Shown: piece by piece, positions 29,800 to 40,466 of the stretch
Layout: each line of letters begins with the position of its first letter
Position numbering within the stretch: the first letter of the stretch is position 1
IMG/VR virus record: IMGVR_UViG_3300025174_000005
Reading direction: 5' to 3' (one strand)
Length of the DNA stretch: 64,000 nt
DNA from: a virus
Notes under the pieces: model-generated
Databases searched by the model: none
The model's input: only the letters and a program-made list of their open reading frames with translations
What the model was told of the DNA's origin: nothing
Program-made: the position numbers and the translations under genes

Positions 29800-31551
29800 T
29801 TAGTATCTAGAACGACCAGGTGATCCAAATTTAGAACGCGAAGCAAATGGAAATAACCCACCCCTAAAACCAACTACGGGTTGAGCGTAGCCACGTCTAG
29901 TGTGACCCATAATTCTGTCCCAAAGTTGCGCTAATTGTTTATCGAGGTGTTTAATAATATCTAGGAAATCCCTACCACTAAATCTTCCTTCGGTAATAGT
30001 TAAATCCCCTAGGTGTTTTTCTTCTCCTGATGTGCGCAATAAGTATAAATACACACCATTAATTGCATCTCTAGCAGACTTAAGGCGTACATATTCTTTG
30101 ATATAGTATGGAGGATTTAAGTAATCAAAAGGAGCTGGGTATGTAAATGCATATTGCGTAGGTTGGGCAAATGTCTGATATATCATGGTGTTATAGAATG
30201 GTACTGGGAAAATAAAGAATGATAATGTCTGTTGTCTATATGTTAAATAGTCTATAGCATTGAATTGTGCCCAGAATCCATTTTGTCTAATTAACATAAG
30301 CAAGTCTTCATCTGTAGCATGACTAAGTATAAGAGGAGCTACTGAACGCACCAGTCTAGGTGTGGAGTAGTATGGAAACAACACAGTTGTAAAGTGCCAC
30401 TCAAAATCTTCATCAGGGAACTTTAATGTAACCGTAATCTTATTATTAATCTTTAAGGCTGTAGTAGGAAATGTTTTTTTAATAGTAGTTTCATCTTTAA
30501 CGGCATCATAAGTAACTGTAACAACAGCGTCTGGATCGACTAATATACCTGTTTTTTCTATAGGAGATACATCATCTACATGAGTACGAGGTACTTCAAA
30601 TATATCAGGTGGAAATATAAAGTCTCTAAGGCCACCATAATATGGTGTACCTTCAGGTTCATCTGTAAAAGGAATACCATCTACTATAAAATTAGAATCA
30701 TCAAATGACATACTGGTATAGTTGCCTTTTATTTTAATCCATACCTCTCCTATGTCTGGAGCTATATCATATACATCTGGTTTTGGATAAGTATCTATAA
30801 CTTGTATAGGTGCAAATCCACCATATATTGCAGCAGAAGTGCTAACACTATCTTCTAGTGCTATACTACTTAAATCTATCTCACCTATATAGAATGTGTG
30901 GACATCGCTGTAGTGTCCTTTTTGAGTTGATGGACGTACGCCCCTAACTCGCCAGAAGTATTGCTTATCCACATCAAAAGGTCTATCAGGCATTACCGTA
31001 GTTAGAGTATTGTCGATTGTATCTGAAGGTAATGGCCAGTAAATTACATCAAATGAATTAGTTTGAGATACTTCTATATCATAGTGATCTGCCCCTGGTA
31101 TTGCATCCCATGAGAAAGTAGGTTGTACTTGTATGGCGCTTTGATTACTGGGTGAACGAAGAATTGTTTGAGGCAACATGCCTGAGGTATCTGTGGTAAA
31201 TGTTGAAAAGAAATTGCCCATCATACCATTACCAAGTATGTCTTTAATACCATCTATAGGAGATGTTGTAGGCTTGTTATGTCCAACTACAGTAATACGA
31301 TATGTAATACCTGGGTCAAAGTTGATTGTTGGTGTAAAGGTAAGGGTCTTGTTTAGAGCAGAGTAAGCTAAGCTACCAGGAACACGAATATCTGTACCTT
31401 CTTTTTCTACTATAAAAGTAGAAGCACCAAAGGTTAGTTGGTCCATTGCTCTAAAGAACTTAACTTCTATTTTACTGTCTAGAGCAACACCTACACTAAA
31501 AGACTTTGGTATTATCTTTTGTATTAGATTGCTTTCACTAAAATCAGCCAC
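29800..31551 (-). CDS. Head-tail adaptor-like protein with SbsA-type Ig (Big_5) and FN3-like domains
   Basis: GTG start. Ig-like IEVKFFRAMD...TLTFTP...YRITV..GIKDILGN; FN3-like PTFSWDAIPGADHYDIEVS...YFWRVRG; helical C-terminal domain. Confidence 0.6.
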   Translation of the reverse strand: MADFSESNLIQKIIPKSFSVGVALDSKIEVKFFRAMDQLTFGASTFIVEKEGTDIRVPGSLAYSALNKTLTFTPTINFDPGITYRITVVGHNKPTTSPIDGIKDILGNGMMGNFFSTFTTDTSGMLPQTILRSPSNQSAIQVQPTFSWDAIPGADHYDIEVSQTNSFDVIYWPLPSDTIDNTLTTVMPDRPFDVDKQYFWRVRGVRPSTQKGHYSDVHTFYIGEIDLSSIALEDSVSTSAAIYGGFAPIQVIDTYPKPDVYDIAPDIGEVWIKIKGNYTSMSFDDSNFIVDGIPFTDEPEGTPYYGGLRDFIFPPDIFEVPRTHVDDVSPIEKTGILVDPDAVVTVTYDAVKDETTIKKTFPTTALKINNKITVTLKFPDEDFEWHFTTVLFPYYSTPRLVRSVAPLILSHATDEDLLMLIRQNGFWAQFNAIDYLTYRQQTLSFFIFPVPFYNTMIYQTFAQPTQYAFTYPAPFDYLNPPYYIKEYVRLKSARDAINGVYLYLLRTSGEEKHLGDLTITEGRFSGRDFLDIIKHLDKQLAQLWDRIMGHTRRGYAQPVVGFRGGLFPFASRSKFGSPGRSRY

Positions 31552-31582
31552 TCAAACTCCTACTTAAGAAATTTATAGCTCG

Positions 31583-32023
31583 TTAAGAACATATAGTAGA
31601 TAGTTGTTTTTTTGTGTCTTTTATAGTTAATCTAACTCTACATCTAAGACATGGTTTTCCACTATATCTCTTGCTACATCCACAGATTTCATTTTCTTTG
31701 TTACGCGAAAATATAGATAGAAGAAAATCAACGAGAAACAATACAAGCAACCAATTGAAAACCAAAACGCGGGCATGGGCGATAGATGAAGCAATCTCAG
31801 GCCTATCATAAAGCATCCCATTTGAATCCAGTCGTATCCTAAAGGAAGAAAGAAGAATCCTGCTGTCCAATAAAACATTTTCTGATTCTCCAGGTTTACG
31901 AACCAAGAGGAAATTATCTGTAATTTTTCTTTTATCCTTTTTGTTGTTGACCTTAACACTAGATACACCCCTACTGTTGCCATCACTTGGCAAAGATAAA
32001 CCCTCTTCCATTCTTCCCTTCAC
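31583..32023 (-). CDS. Hypothetical protein (overlapping alternative frame 31627..31986)
   Basis: Fills the gap on the coding strand; AAGGAG close to a GTG. The true frame is uncertain. Confidence 0.35.
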   Translation of the reverse strand: MKGRMEEGLSLPSDGNSRGVSSVKVNNKKDKRKITDNFLLVRKPGESENVLLDSRILLSSFRIRLDSNGMLYDRPEIASSIAHARVLVFNWLLVLFLVDFLLSIFSRNKENEICGCSKRYSGKPCLRCRVRLTIKDTKKQLSTICS

Positions 32024-32174
32024 GTCTCCTTTATAGGACTAGCGTCCTGTTGTGCCATATGGACTCCACCAGTTATCACAGCGACCCTGTGGACGAATAA
32101 ACCCATCTACTACATGGCAACGATTAACCCCATCAAAGAACCTAAAAAGCTTTATCTAGCTTAGCTATATCAAC

Positions 32175-33008
32175 TTACTTAATAGCTAAAAGCGGCTCTA
32201 GCACAGCTTTGGCATTCTGATAACCAGCTTCTATAAATTCAGGTATACGCTTAACATCAAAGATAGTGCCACCCCTCATCTTAGGGGTAAGAAGTGTGAG
32301 CTTATCTTCTAGAAGATACTGTGCTTCAGATATGGATTTGTCAATGTGACTATCCCATAGAGATTCGTAAGCAGAAAATATAGCATCTATCTTACCACGA
32401 ACAATATCTTCATCTACACCAGAAGCAACATTCGATACCAATATTCTATCTACTTGATCGTTGTAGCAATAGTGTATGGGTAAGCAATCAGCTATACCAC
32501 CATCATAGAAGTGATCACCACCATATCCTGACATAGGAATGGGCCGTGTCCTGAATATAGCAGGTATGGCTGAACTAGCAGCTATAAGATCTGCTAGATT
32601 AATATATGCATGGGAAGTATTTCTGGTTGTAAATAGTATTGGATCTCCCGTACGAACATGAGTGGTAACTATGGATAAATCTATTTGTTTTATATTGACC
32701 ATATATTGGTCTTTTAGAAATCGATTAAGTTTATTGCGTAACTTCTTACCAGGAAACAATCCAGTGCCATTAAATAGTGACCATAGATCATATTCTATAA
32801 AGAAACCTGGATTCTTAATATCTAGAAATATCTTTTTAATTTCGGCGGGTGATAATCCTGATGCATATAACCCACCAATTACTGCACCACCAGAGGAACC
32901 TACTATGTGTTTTATATTTATATTATTATGTTCTAAGAGATAAGTAAGTAGACCGATATGTGCTGCGGCTCTAATTCCTCCTGACGAGAGAACCAGAGTG
33001 ATATCCAA
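32175..33008 (-). CDS. Patatin-like phospholipase
   Basis: Oxyanion SSGGIRAAAH, nucleophile GSSGG, catalytic YDGG; TTG start. Confidence 0.9.
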   Translation of the reverse strand: MDITLVLSSGGIRAAAHIGLLTYLLEHNNINIKHIVGSSGGAVIGGLYASGLSPAEIKKIFLDIKNPGFFIEYDLWSLFNGTGLFPGKKLRNKLNRFLKDQYMVNIKQIDLSIVTTHVRTGDPILFTTRNTSHAYINLADLIAASSAIPAIFRTRPIPMSGYGGDHFYDGGIADCLPIHYCYNDQVDRILVSNVASGVDEDIVRGKIDAIFSAYESLWDSHIDKSISEAQYLLEDKLTLLTPKMRGGTIFDVKRIPEFIEAGYQNAKAVLEPLLAIK

Positions 33009-33239
33009 TTAATTTATACTCCCTTCTATCGGTGTATTAAGCTTAATACCTATTGAATAATCTAAGGCAATCCCTACCCCATATTTAGCTAGTAAGTCAA
33101 ATACTTCTTGACGTACAGAAGCAAGGTATTCTTCTTTGTCTTTCTTGGTCATTTGAGCTATATCAGGAAGGATTCCTTCCATAGCTGCTGCAAGGAACTT
33201 ATTAGGCTTCTTTTTTCTAGGCATTTGTATTTCTCCCAT
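33009..33239 (-). CDS. Hypothetical protein
   Basis: Co-oriented short ORF abutting the patatin gene. Confidence 0.55.
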   Translation of the reverse strand: MGEIQMPRKKKPNKFLAAAMEGILPDIAQMTKKDKEEYLASVRQEVFDLLAKYGVGIALDYSIGIKLNTPIEGSIN

Positions 33240-33316
33240 AGTTATTTATTCATTTAAAAATCTATTATTATTTTTTGTGTTTTTTCCACAGCCACATAAG
33301 CATAATGACACTTTAA

Positions 33317-34342
33317 TTATAAATCCTCCGACAACATATATAAGGTTGCAGTAGCAAAATTATTTTTATTATAGGTAGGCCATGTAAAAGGTTGATTATC
33401 CATCAATCTAACAACTAATTTCATATTCAGTGAAGACTTTAGAATGGTAGTGGAGATATAGTTCCAAGGAAACACAGTGACATCACTTACTAGCTCTCCA
33501 AACTTAGGAGAAATAGAGGGGGCATTAGCCCAATTATGAATATCCTGCGCGGATTTATACCTCTGTCCTCCAACTTTATATGGCCCAACATAAACTTCAA
33601 ATAAAATAATATCATTAAATACTTGCATGTCATTGCTAAATTGTCCCTCAACTTTATCAATAACAAGCATCTTACCAGGAGAAGGAGAGATTTCCCATTC
33701 ACTCGTGGTAGCATACCAATAATTAGCAGTAATATTTGCACTAGTTGGCGTATCAAATAATACAGATCCGTTCTCATAATTAATAGTTAGATTAGAATTA
33801 GTTTGCTTATCTTGACTGTTGTATTGCATCTGGGGCACACCATCTATATATATTTGAGGTCTTTTACCTAAATTACTATCGCTAGTTACCCTATAGGTAT
33901 CTATCCAATATGGGTAAGCACTTGTAAATGTTAGATTGTCACCTGAATTAATGAGGGTTTCTCCAGTAATCTGTAAGCTCTTAAGGTGCCATGTGCATTT
34001 ATCTCCTAGATTGTGTGAAACAGCATATACTTTAGTTGAATCTGTTTTTTCAGTTACGCTTCGTATTAATCCCAACCCTGTGAAAGGTTTAAATTTTATA
34101 AACTGATCAACAATTCCATCTTGCAAATCATTATATGATATTGCTGTTGGTTTAATATTAGTCTCAAAATCAACAATGTCAGTATTGGAATCTTGAATTA
34201 ACTTAGTATAGTAGTAAACATCTTTGGGATTATCAACAAGAAATATAGTATAGATTAATCCGTCTTCTATATAACAATAACTTAAATTGCGCTGTGTCTT
34301 TATTGTTTTTAATTTACTATACGATACTACAAATGATTTCAT
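33317..34342 (-). CDS. Virion structural protein (paralog family A)
   Basis: Shares an approximately 70-aa N-terminal domain (Y..LK....NL...YIE....Y.I..VD......Y...) with 34339 and 35742. Confidence 0.55.
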   Translation of the reverse strand: MKSFVVSYSKLKTIKTQRNLSYCYIEDGLIYTIFLVDNPKDVYYYTKLIQDSNTDIVDFETNIKPTAISYNDLQDGIVDQFIKFKPFTGLGLIRSVTEKTDSTKVYAVSHNLGDKCTWHLKSLQITGETLINSGDNLTFTSAYPYWIDTYRVTSDSNLGKRPQIYIDGVPQMQYNSQDKQTNSNLTINYENGSVLFDTPTSANITANYWYATTSEWEISPSPGKMLVIDKVEGQFSNDMQVFNDIILFEVYVGPYKVGGQRYKSAQDIHNWANAPSISPKFGELVSDVTVFPWNYISTTILKSSLNMKLVVRLMDNQPFTWPTYNKNNFATATLYMLSEDL

Positions 34343-35766
34343 AATAACTCCTCACCAAACATAACCGTAACTGTTCCATTGGAGTTAGAATTATTTCCTT
34401 TTTTACCAACTACCAATAGATTTTCACCTGGATTTATATATAGGGCTAATTCAAAATTAAATACAAAAAATTCTTCATCAGAGTTGACTGATTCAATTAG
34501 TTTGGTGCCATAACTAGAAGTAGTAGGAGTACGATAAACCAACATACTAGAAGAGATAGCAAGATCTTTCAAGTTATTAATTGCAACATATGTTCCATTG
34601 GATGTAATAGTTCCGTTCTTATATATGAAAATAATATTTTCTTCATCTGTTGAAGTAATATGTATAGATTTAACCCTCATTATCTTATCTGTACTTGGAT
34701 TTTTCAATAGAAATATTGGAGCTGTTTGGCTTGGAATTACAACAGAAGTAGTTGTAATAAAAGCTTTTGATTGCGAAGACATAACTTGCCAGACATCTCC
34801 ACTAGAAACTACCGTAATATCTCCAAGCCTATCTACTATATCCTTTAGTCTTCCTAATACAGTATAATCTGTTGGATTTAATTGAACCTCACCAATTCTA
34901 TTATCAAAATCCACTTCTGATAGACGTGTTGATAAATCAACATCCAATTTATCTGTATTCAAAGCTATTTCGTCGAGATTATTGTTGGCTGCCAACAATG
35001 TTGTTTCTGTAGAAGCACCTGTAGGCAAAGACACCGTACCTGTAATGTCTGTAATATTCCAAGTACCTGCTTGATTAATACTACCTATTGTGTTATTTCC
35101 TATAGGCAATGGAAAATTGAGAAACACACCGCTGGTTTCATTGGTTACTGATGTGACAATATTAGTAGAGCCAGACCCCACACCTAATAATCTTATCCTA
35201 ACTTGGGTAAATCCCGCTACAGTACATCTAAATACAGAACCAGATGTTGGATTGATAAATGTGGTTGAAGACTGACCTGTACCAGCCACATATCCGAATA
35301 TAGGAGTCCACACCCCACTATTATCAACAGTAGCTTCAAATATTATTGTCCCCGTGAATGCGGTATGTATTAATTGAAAAACCACATTTCTTCTTTTACT
35401 TGTTCGAATCGAAACCATATCATTAATATTAGTCAGCATGCCTGTGTGAGAGTAAGACTGATAATCATAAATCGCATTTGCAATACAGTCATCAATACTT
35501 TCACATAACATAGCCGTAGGTAGTATATTATTAATAAAATCATTATAACTATCTAATTGTAACTGATCTATGACAATCCCATTGTTGGGTTTAGTAAGAT
35601 TTATTTTATATATATTATTAGATAGTACATCTACAACCATTAAACTATAGGTATCAACTAAATCTATATATCCTATCTTCAGATCTAAAAGTAGGGATAG
35701 GTATTTTAGTTGCGTATATTTTACAAATAACTCTTGCATCATTATTTGATTACTCCCCTGATCCAC
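34339..35766 (-). CDS. Virion structural / fibre-like protein (paralog family A)
   Basis: Family A N-domain followed by Thr/Gly-rich beta modules (GTIIFEATVD..W; LPTGASTE). Confidence 0.55.
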   Translation of the reverse strand: MDQGSNQIMMQELFVKYTQLKYLSLLLDLKIGYIDLVDTYSLMVVDVLSNNIYKINLTKPNNGIVIDQLQLDSYNDFINNILPTAMLCESIDDCIANAIYDYQSYSHTGMLTNINDMVSIRTSKRRNVVFQLIHTAFTGTIIFEATVDNSGVWTPIFGYVAGTGQSSTTFINPTSGSVFRCTVAGFTQVRIRLLGVGSGSTNIVTSVTNETSGVFLNFPLPIGNNTIGSINQAGTWNITDITGTVSLPTGASTETTLLAANNNLDEIALNTDKLDVDLSTRLSEVDFDNRIGEVQLNPTDYTVLGRLKDIVDRLGDITVVSSGDVWQVMSSQSKAFITTTSVVIPSQTAPIFLLKNPSTDKIMRVKSIHITSTDEENIIFIYKNGTITSNGTYVAINNLKDLAISSSMLVYRTPTTSSYGTKLIESVNSDEEFFVFNFELALYINPGENLLVVGKKGNNSNSNGTVTVMFGEELL

Positions 35767-36368
35767 GCACTTAATGTATTACTATTTTGTAATGAAGTTA
35801 GTATTACTCTAATAGGTATTACACCGTCTCCTAACATTTCATGATCTATATGTGCTTCGGTAAAACCAGCATCACTATGTGATATTTTAACAATCAATAT
35901 ATTATCACCAACGGGATCATGTATTAATTTAATATTACCCCTATACTCTGTATTCAGTTGTAGACTGTGTAAATTCCATTTAACACCATTATCAGGTATG
36001 AAATCTATTTGATGAGTTTTACCGCTTTCTAAACTAATTTCTCCTGTAGTTAATTCTATTTTTTCAAATAATTCGGAAATAGGAACAACTGTTGGAAAAT
36101 CTCTATAAAAAGGTCTATTAAGTACTAATTGAGCAGTAATAAAATCCTCTAATATATTAGAGGATGTTGCAGATGGCCTTAGATTGGTATCAAAATCTAT
36201 ATTATCAACACCCTGATCTTTAAGAGCCCTAGTTAAATAAACAATATCTTTATTACGATCTACTACACAAATATCGTAATAATTACTATACTCGACATAA
36301 CCTACTTGTAAATTAAGAGAGTTATTAATTTCCTTAAATAAACTATAGGTTATATGATTTATCTGCAT
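35742..36368 (-). CDS. Virion structural protein (paralog family A)
   Basis: Family A N-domain. Confidence 0.55.
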   Translation of the reverse strand: MQINHITYSLFKEINNSLNLQVGYVEYSNYYDICVVDRNKDIVYLTRALKDQGVDNIDFDTNLRPSATSSNILEDFITAQLVLNRPFYRDFPTVVPISELFEKIELTTGEISLESGKTHQIDFIPDNGVKWNLHSLQLNTEYRGNIKLIHDPVGDNILIVKISHSDAGFTEAHIDHEMLGDGVIPIRVILTSLQNSNTLSAWIRGVIK

Positions 36369-36377
36369 TTTATTCTA

Positions 36378-37559
36378 TTACTCCAAATCATAAGCTACAA
36401 GAATAAACAGTTTCTTATTAGCGCCCATACCGTAAGCACTAAGTGAAAGCACTTCGTTTGGAGCACCCTCAATATGCATAACGCCAGACTGATTAAAATT
36501 ATTACCACCACTATATATTCTATATACTTTTATAGCAGAAGTTAAGAAGTCTACTTCTACCGTTCCATTAGACTCTATATTTATTACTATGTTCTTAATA
36601 CTAATTTTTTTACCTGAAGTGGGAGTTATAATTGTTTGAGATGGAACAATTCCACCTGCTCCTGAAGTGAACTCACTAGAAAAAGTAAGCATCCCCTCTG
36701 TCAGAAGAGAGTTAGTGGTGTTAAGATCGGCATCATTGGATGCTCCTAGTCGTAATATCATACCACTACGAGCATATAGGTGAACATCGATAGTACTTGA
36801 ATTAAGATTCGTATTTTCAAACCTAACTAAAAACGTTAATGTTGAGGTTAATGTAGTAGTAGTAGGAGTAACTTTATGTATTAACTTTTTATCTTGAAGA
36901 AATATTATAGCACCTTGTGTATAGTATATCTCATATAAGTGATAATTAATATCTAATACAAAAGAATTACCTCCATTAAAACTACTAACAACCGTATCCG
37001 AACTACCTTTTCTTATGCCAATATTAACCGTTGTTCCATTTATCTCATAGTAGGCTGCATCGGCTAAATCGCTTGAGAATACTCCCCACCTACGCCTATT
37101 ATTGGTTGTTCCTATATCTGGTAGTCTTACCCCTGCTATATAAATATTAGCTGAACCAGAGGAAAAAATACCTATATCTTGCGAATAAATAGAGACAGAA
37201 CCATTGGCAGTAGTTCCTGTATGACAAACAAGCTCACCACCTGATACTGTTTGAGAACCTCCATTAACCAGTGAAGATAACCATATTCCAACATCAAGAG
37301 GAGTGACTGAAAAATTACCACCCGCTAGTTTTATTGTGCTAGCTGTTTTAATCTCACCAAATGTACTAACTATATTATCATAGCTAAATACATAATCAGT
37401 AATGCCAACCTTGGGATTATTACCTAAGGTAACATTTAAGTTGTTGTCCGTTACACCTACTGTATTGGTACCATCTGTAACCACAACAGGCCAGGCATTA
37501 GCCAGGGAAGTTGGACTTCCCTGGTCTGCAGCACCATCATTAAATGAATTTATTCCCAT
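36378..37559 (-). CDS. Virion fibre/decoration protein with a concanavalin-like beta domain
   Basis: AWPVVVTDG motif; RRRWGVF...YHLYEIYY...IFLQD pattern; Thr/Ser/Gly-rich. Confidence 0.45.
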   Translation of the reverse strand: MGINSFNDGAADQGSPTSLANAWPVVVTDGTNTVGVTDNNLNVTLGNNPKVGITDYVFSYDNIVSTFGEIKTASTIKLAGGNFSVTPLDVGIWLSSLVNGGSQTVSGGELVCHTGTTANGSVSIYSQDIGIFSSGSANIYIAGVRLPDIGTTNNRRRWGVFSSDLADAAYYEINGTTVNIGIRKGSSDTVVSSFNGGNSFVLDINYHLYEIYYTQGAIIFLQDKKLIHKVTPTTTTLTSTLTFLVRFENTNLNSSTIDVHLYARSGMILRLGASNDADLNTTNSLLTEGMLTFSSEFTSGAGGIVPSQTIITPTSGKKISIKNIVINIESNGTVEVDFLTSAIKVYRIYSGGNNFNQSGVMHIEGAPNEVLSLSAYGMGANKKLFILVAYDLE

Positions 37560-37579
37560 ACTATCCTATAATATTAAGT

Positions 37580-37987
37580 TTATGATATTTCCATAACTCT
37601 GACTTCATTACCAGCACTTCCTGCGATAGCATATAATACAACACTACCTATATCTATAGAGAAAGAATCTCCCTTAAGTACTTTAATACCATCGGCAGTG
37701 GTAACCGCACTACCACCAAGATATATGGTAGTATTACTGTTATTTTGTAAGAATATAGTTTTTCTATCAGTTAAAGTAGATGCAGGCAGTGCAACCGCTG
37801 ATGTTCCAACCGTAACTGCAGTAGTCTGCATACTACCACTATATCCACCAAATGTAACTGTGTTATTGGCTGGATCTATTTTAATAGTATTAGCACTAGT
37901 ATCTAGTCCAACCTCACCTATAATCTGACTACCAGCAGGTAACTCTGCTATTACCTCAACATCATGATTGGTAATAAATCCTGACAT
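37580..37987 (-). CDS. Small jelly-roll virion protein (paralog family B)
   Basis: VTVGTSAVALP....DRKTIFLQN.S...IYLGGS.VTT..G...MEIS is nearly collinear with the C-terminus of 38024..38908. Confidence 0.6.
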   Translation of the reverse strand: MSGFITNHDVEVIAELPAGSQIIGEVGLDTSANTIKIDPANNTVTFGGYSGSMQTTAVTVGTSAVALPASTLTDRKTIFLQNNSNTTIYLGGSAVTTADGIKVLKGDSFSIDIGSVVLYAIAGSAGNEVRVMEIS

Positions 37988-38023
37988 ATCACATCATCTC
38001 CCTTATAACTACATTAATTACAA

Positions 38024-38908
38024 CTAAGAAACTTCCATTATAACAGCTGGAATGCTAGCAGAAGTAGATATACCATACAGACTAGCAGATCCGATATCCA
38101 TTGACCAGCTATCCCTAGGACCTATCCTAAATCCGTTGGTTGTAGTAACACCACTTCCACCTACATAAATAGCCGTAGATGTAGATTTGTTCTGTACCAT
38201 TATTGTTTTCCTATCAATCAATACGGATGAGGGAAGAAGAGACGCAATCATACCTATGGTTATATCTGTTGTTAGGATAGTGCCGCTTAAACCTGGTGAC
38301 GCTTGCTCTATATTAACTATAAGAGGATTACTGTCTATGCCTAGTTCATTACCATCATTATCTCTGAGATTAGTGTGTATGGCACGCTTGGGCGTTATAC
38401 GGGCTGCTGCTGCTTGATCTTCAGTAGGATCACTAGCAATTGTATCGTTGAGTATGCCACCAATAGGTATGAATTCATCTACGCCTTCTGCAAATGATGT
38501 TTCGTCTATTTGACCTGTTAGTGTTCCGCCTACGATATCAACCTTTAGAGCTTTATCTGTACCTATGGTTGATATACCTACCGTATCAACTCCGTTTGTT
38601 ATCTTAACTTCTGCGGTACCATTTGTAAGAGTTAGATCTATGGTGTCTAACTTATCTTCCACCTCATCAGCATTGTTTCTGATTGTGGTTAATAAGGCAA
38701 TGATATCATCTAACTTAAGTTCTAACTCGTCTGTATTAATATTTAATTCGTCTAAATCAATATTAATAGGTAAATCTTCTAAGAGATCTATGATGGTTTG
38801 AAGCTTGGTTTTAATATCATCATCAAATACTAGTTCTTCGCGTTCGTCATTTAAAAAAGCTTGGCCAACAAGATGTTGGCCTCCCAATATTATTTCTTCA
38901 TCTGCCAT
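38024..38908 (-). CDS. Acidic coiled-coil plus jelly-roll virion protein (paralog family B)
   Basis: Asp/Leu-rich heptads, then a domain shared with 37580..37987. Confidence 0.6.
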   Translation of the reverse strand: MADEEIILGGQHLVGQAFLNDEREELVFDDDIKTKLQTIIDLLEDLPINIDLDELNINTDELELKLDDIIALLTTIRNNADEVEDKLDTIDLTLTNGTAEVKITNGVDTVGISTIGTDKALKVDIVGGTLTGQIDETSFAEGVDEFIPIGGILNDTIASDPTEDQAAAARITPKRAIHTNLRDNDGNELGIDSNPLIVNIEQASPGLSGTILTTDITIGMIASLLPSSVLIDRKTIMVQNKSTSTAIYVGGSGVTTTNGFRIGPRDSWSMDIGSASLYGISTSASIPAVIMEVS

Positions 38909-38933
38909 AGTAATAATCCTATGTTGTATATTA

Positions 38934-39566
38934 TTATTTTAAACGGTAGGCTTCCTTCATAGTAGTATTTATAGATACTACGGTATCCTTCAGTGCTTTA
39001 AGTTCTGTTATCATACTTGTAGCAGCTTTATCTTCCGACTGAGCAATAACATTAGCCACTGAATTAATTGAGGTTACTGTATTAGAGGCTAGTTGATTAG
39101 TAGCACCTATTAATTGTTTTTGTAACTCCATCATAGAATCTATCTTAGATACCATCGTTGTTAATGGTACTATTATATCCTTGTTGTCCTTACCAACGAT
39201 GGAAGTACTAAGGCTTTGAAGCGCCGTAAGACAACCCATCATAGCATTTAATTTATGAACCATCTCTTGTTCTTGAGCAAACATAGATCCTGCAATGTCT
39301 ACAAGGGAATTATGAATTTCATCTAATTTGGATACCATAGTTATATTCATAGATTGCAATGTATTCTTAACTATATCTATCATAGTACTCTTCATACTAT
39401 CTATAGAATAACTTGTTTGTTTGGTGAGAGCGTCTACAGCCTCTATAGTTTTACCGAGGAGCGCTTCCATCCTATCTAATCTAACGTACGTACCTAAGTC
39501 CTGATAAGTAGTGATGGTATTATCGGCTCCGCCTTGTTGACCACCAACTGTTATTTCTTTAGCCAT
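38934..39566 (-). CDS. Coiled-coil virion protein
   Basis: Long heptad pattern; position after the capsid genes. Confidence 0.45.
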   Translation of the reverse strand: MAKEITVGGQQGGADNTITTYQDLGTYVRLDRMEALLGKTIEAVDALTKQTSYSIDSMKSTMIDIVKNTLQSMNITMVSKLDEIHNSLVDIAGSMFAQEQEMVHKLNAMMGCLTALQSLSTSIVGKDNKDIIVPLTTMVSKIDSMMELQKQLIGATNQLASNTVTSINSVANVIAQSEDKAATSMITELKALKDTVVSINTTMKEAYRLK

Positions 39567-39582
39567 TTATTTCACGCTCCTA

Positions 39583-40107
39583 TTATATCCTTACGTGTAA
39601 TGTAACTAATGCGTGTTTTGTTGTTACATCAGCATTAGCGCATGTAATTCGTATATAAAGAGATGGCATATCAAAACCTATGATAGCCCTGTTATTGTTA
39701 ACACTTACTGTGTCATATACATACCATTCCTCGCCATCTGGCGAGAGTTCTAACTGAATAGAAAAGTTACCTGTTGTTACTACATAACCTACTACCTTGT
39801 TTACATCTCCTACACTTACCACAGCACTTTGAACTGATGAAGAACCATTTACATCTGTATCTATAATACGCTCTGTACGTACTCTAGTTTCTCCACCAAA
39901 CTCTAATGTCATCTCACCTGTAACCTTGACAATAATACCATCTAAGATAGCTTTAGCAATATTGGTAAGATCCTTACCGCGTAGATCTCCAGATATGGGG
40001 TTTAAATGACTTAGATTAGTCCCTGTAATAGGGTCCCAATAATGGGCATATCGAATATGCTTAGGTGCATCTTCATTTAATGCTACTGTTAAGGGAATAT
40101 GAGGCAT
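39583..40107 (-). CDS. Capsid-associated protein (paralog family C)
   Basis: N-terminal VAL...YWDPITGTNLS...DL..IAKAILDGII..V.G is shared with 40125..40466. Confidence 0.5.
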   Translation of the reverse strand: MPHIPLTVALNEDAPKHIRYAHYWDPITGTNLSHLNPISGDLRGKDLTNIAKAILDGIIVKVTGEMTLEFGGETRVRTERIIDTDVNGSSSVQSAVVSVGDVNKVVGYVVTTGNFSIQLELSPDGEEWYVYDTVSVNNNRAIIGFDMPSLYIRITCANADVTTKHALVTLHVRI

Positions 40108-40124
40108 ATTGCTTGCCCTCCTAG

Positions 40125-40466
40125 TTAAGCTGTTGTTGCTTCAGCCTTAGCTGAAAGCCTACTGATCGTATCATTCCACTTCTTCATAATTTTATCCATA
40201 TCATGTTTCTGTTTAGCTTCATCACTCCACCTGCAGCGTGTTGGAATTACATTGGGTGGTTTAATACCATCTATTTTACCTTCAATAACTACTAATACTC
40301 CTGTATTTATAGCTACCTTAATACCGCTTAAATCCATTTGATCGTTAAGATCGGATGATACAGGTGAACCAAGAGATAGGTTTGTTTGCGTTAATGTATC
40401 AAAATAAGAAGCTGCTGACGGATTATATGGATGTAGTGCTACCTTCATAAAAATTATATCCTCCAA
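40125..40466 (-). CDS. Capsid-associated protein (paralog family C)
   Basis: VAL...YFDTLTQTNLS...DL..IKVAINTGVL.VIEG. Confidence 0.5.
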   Translation of the reverse strand: MEDIIFMKVALHPYNPSAASYFDTLTQTNLSLGSPVSSDLNDQMDLSGIKVAINTGVLVVIEGKIDGIKPPNVIPTRCRWSDEAKQKHDMDKIMKKWNDTISRLSAKAEATTA

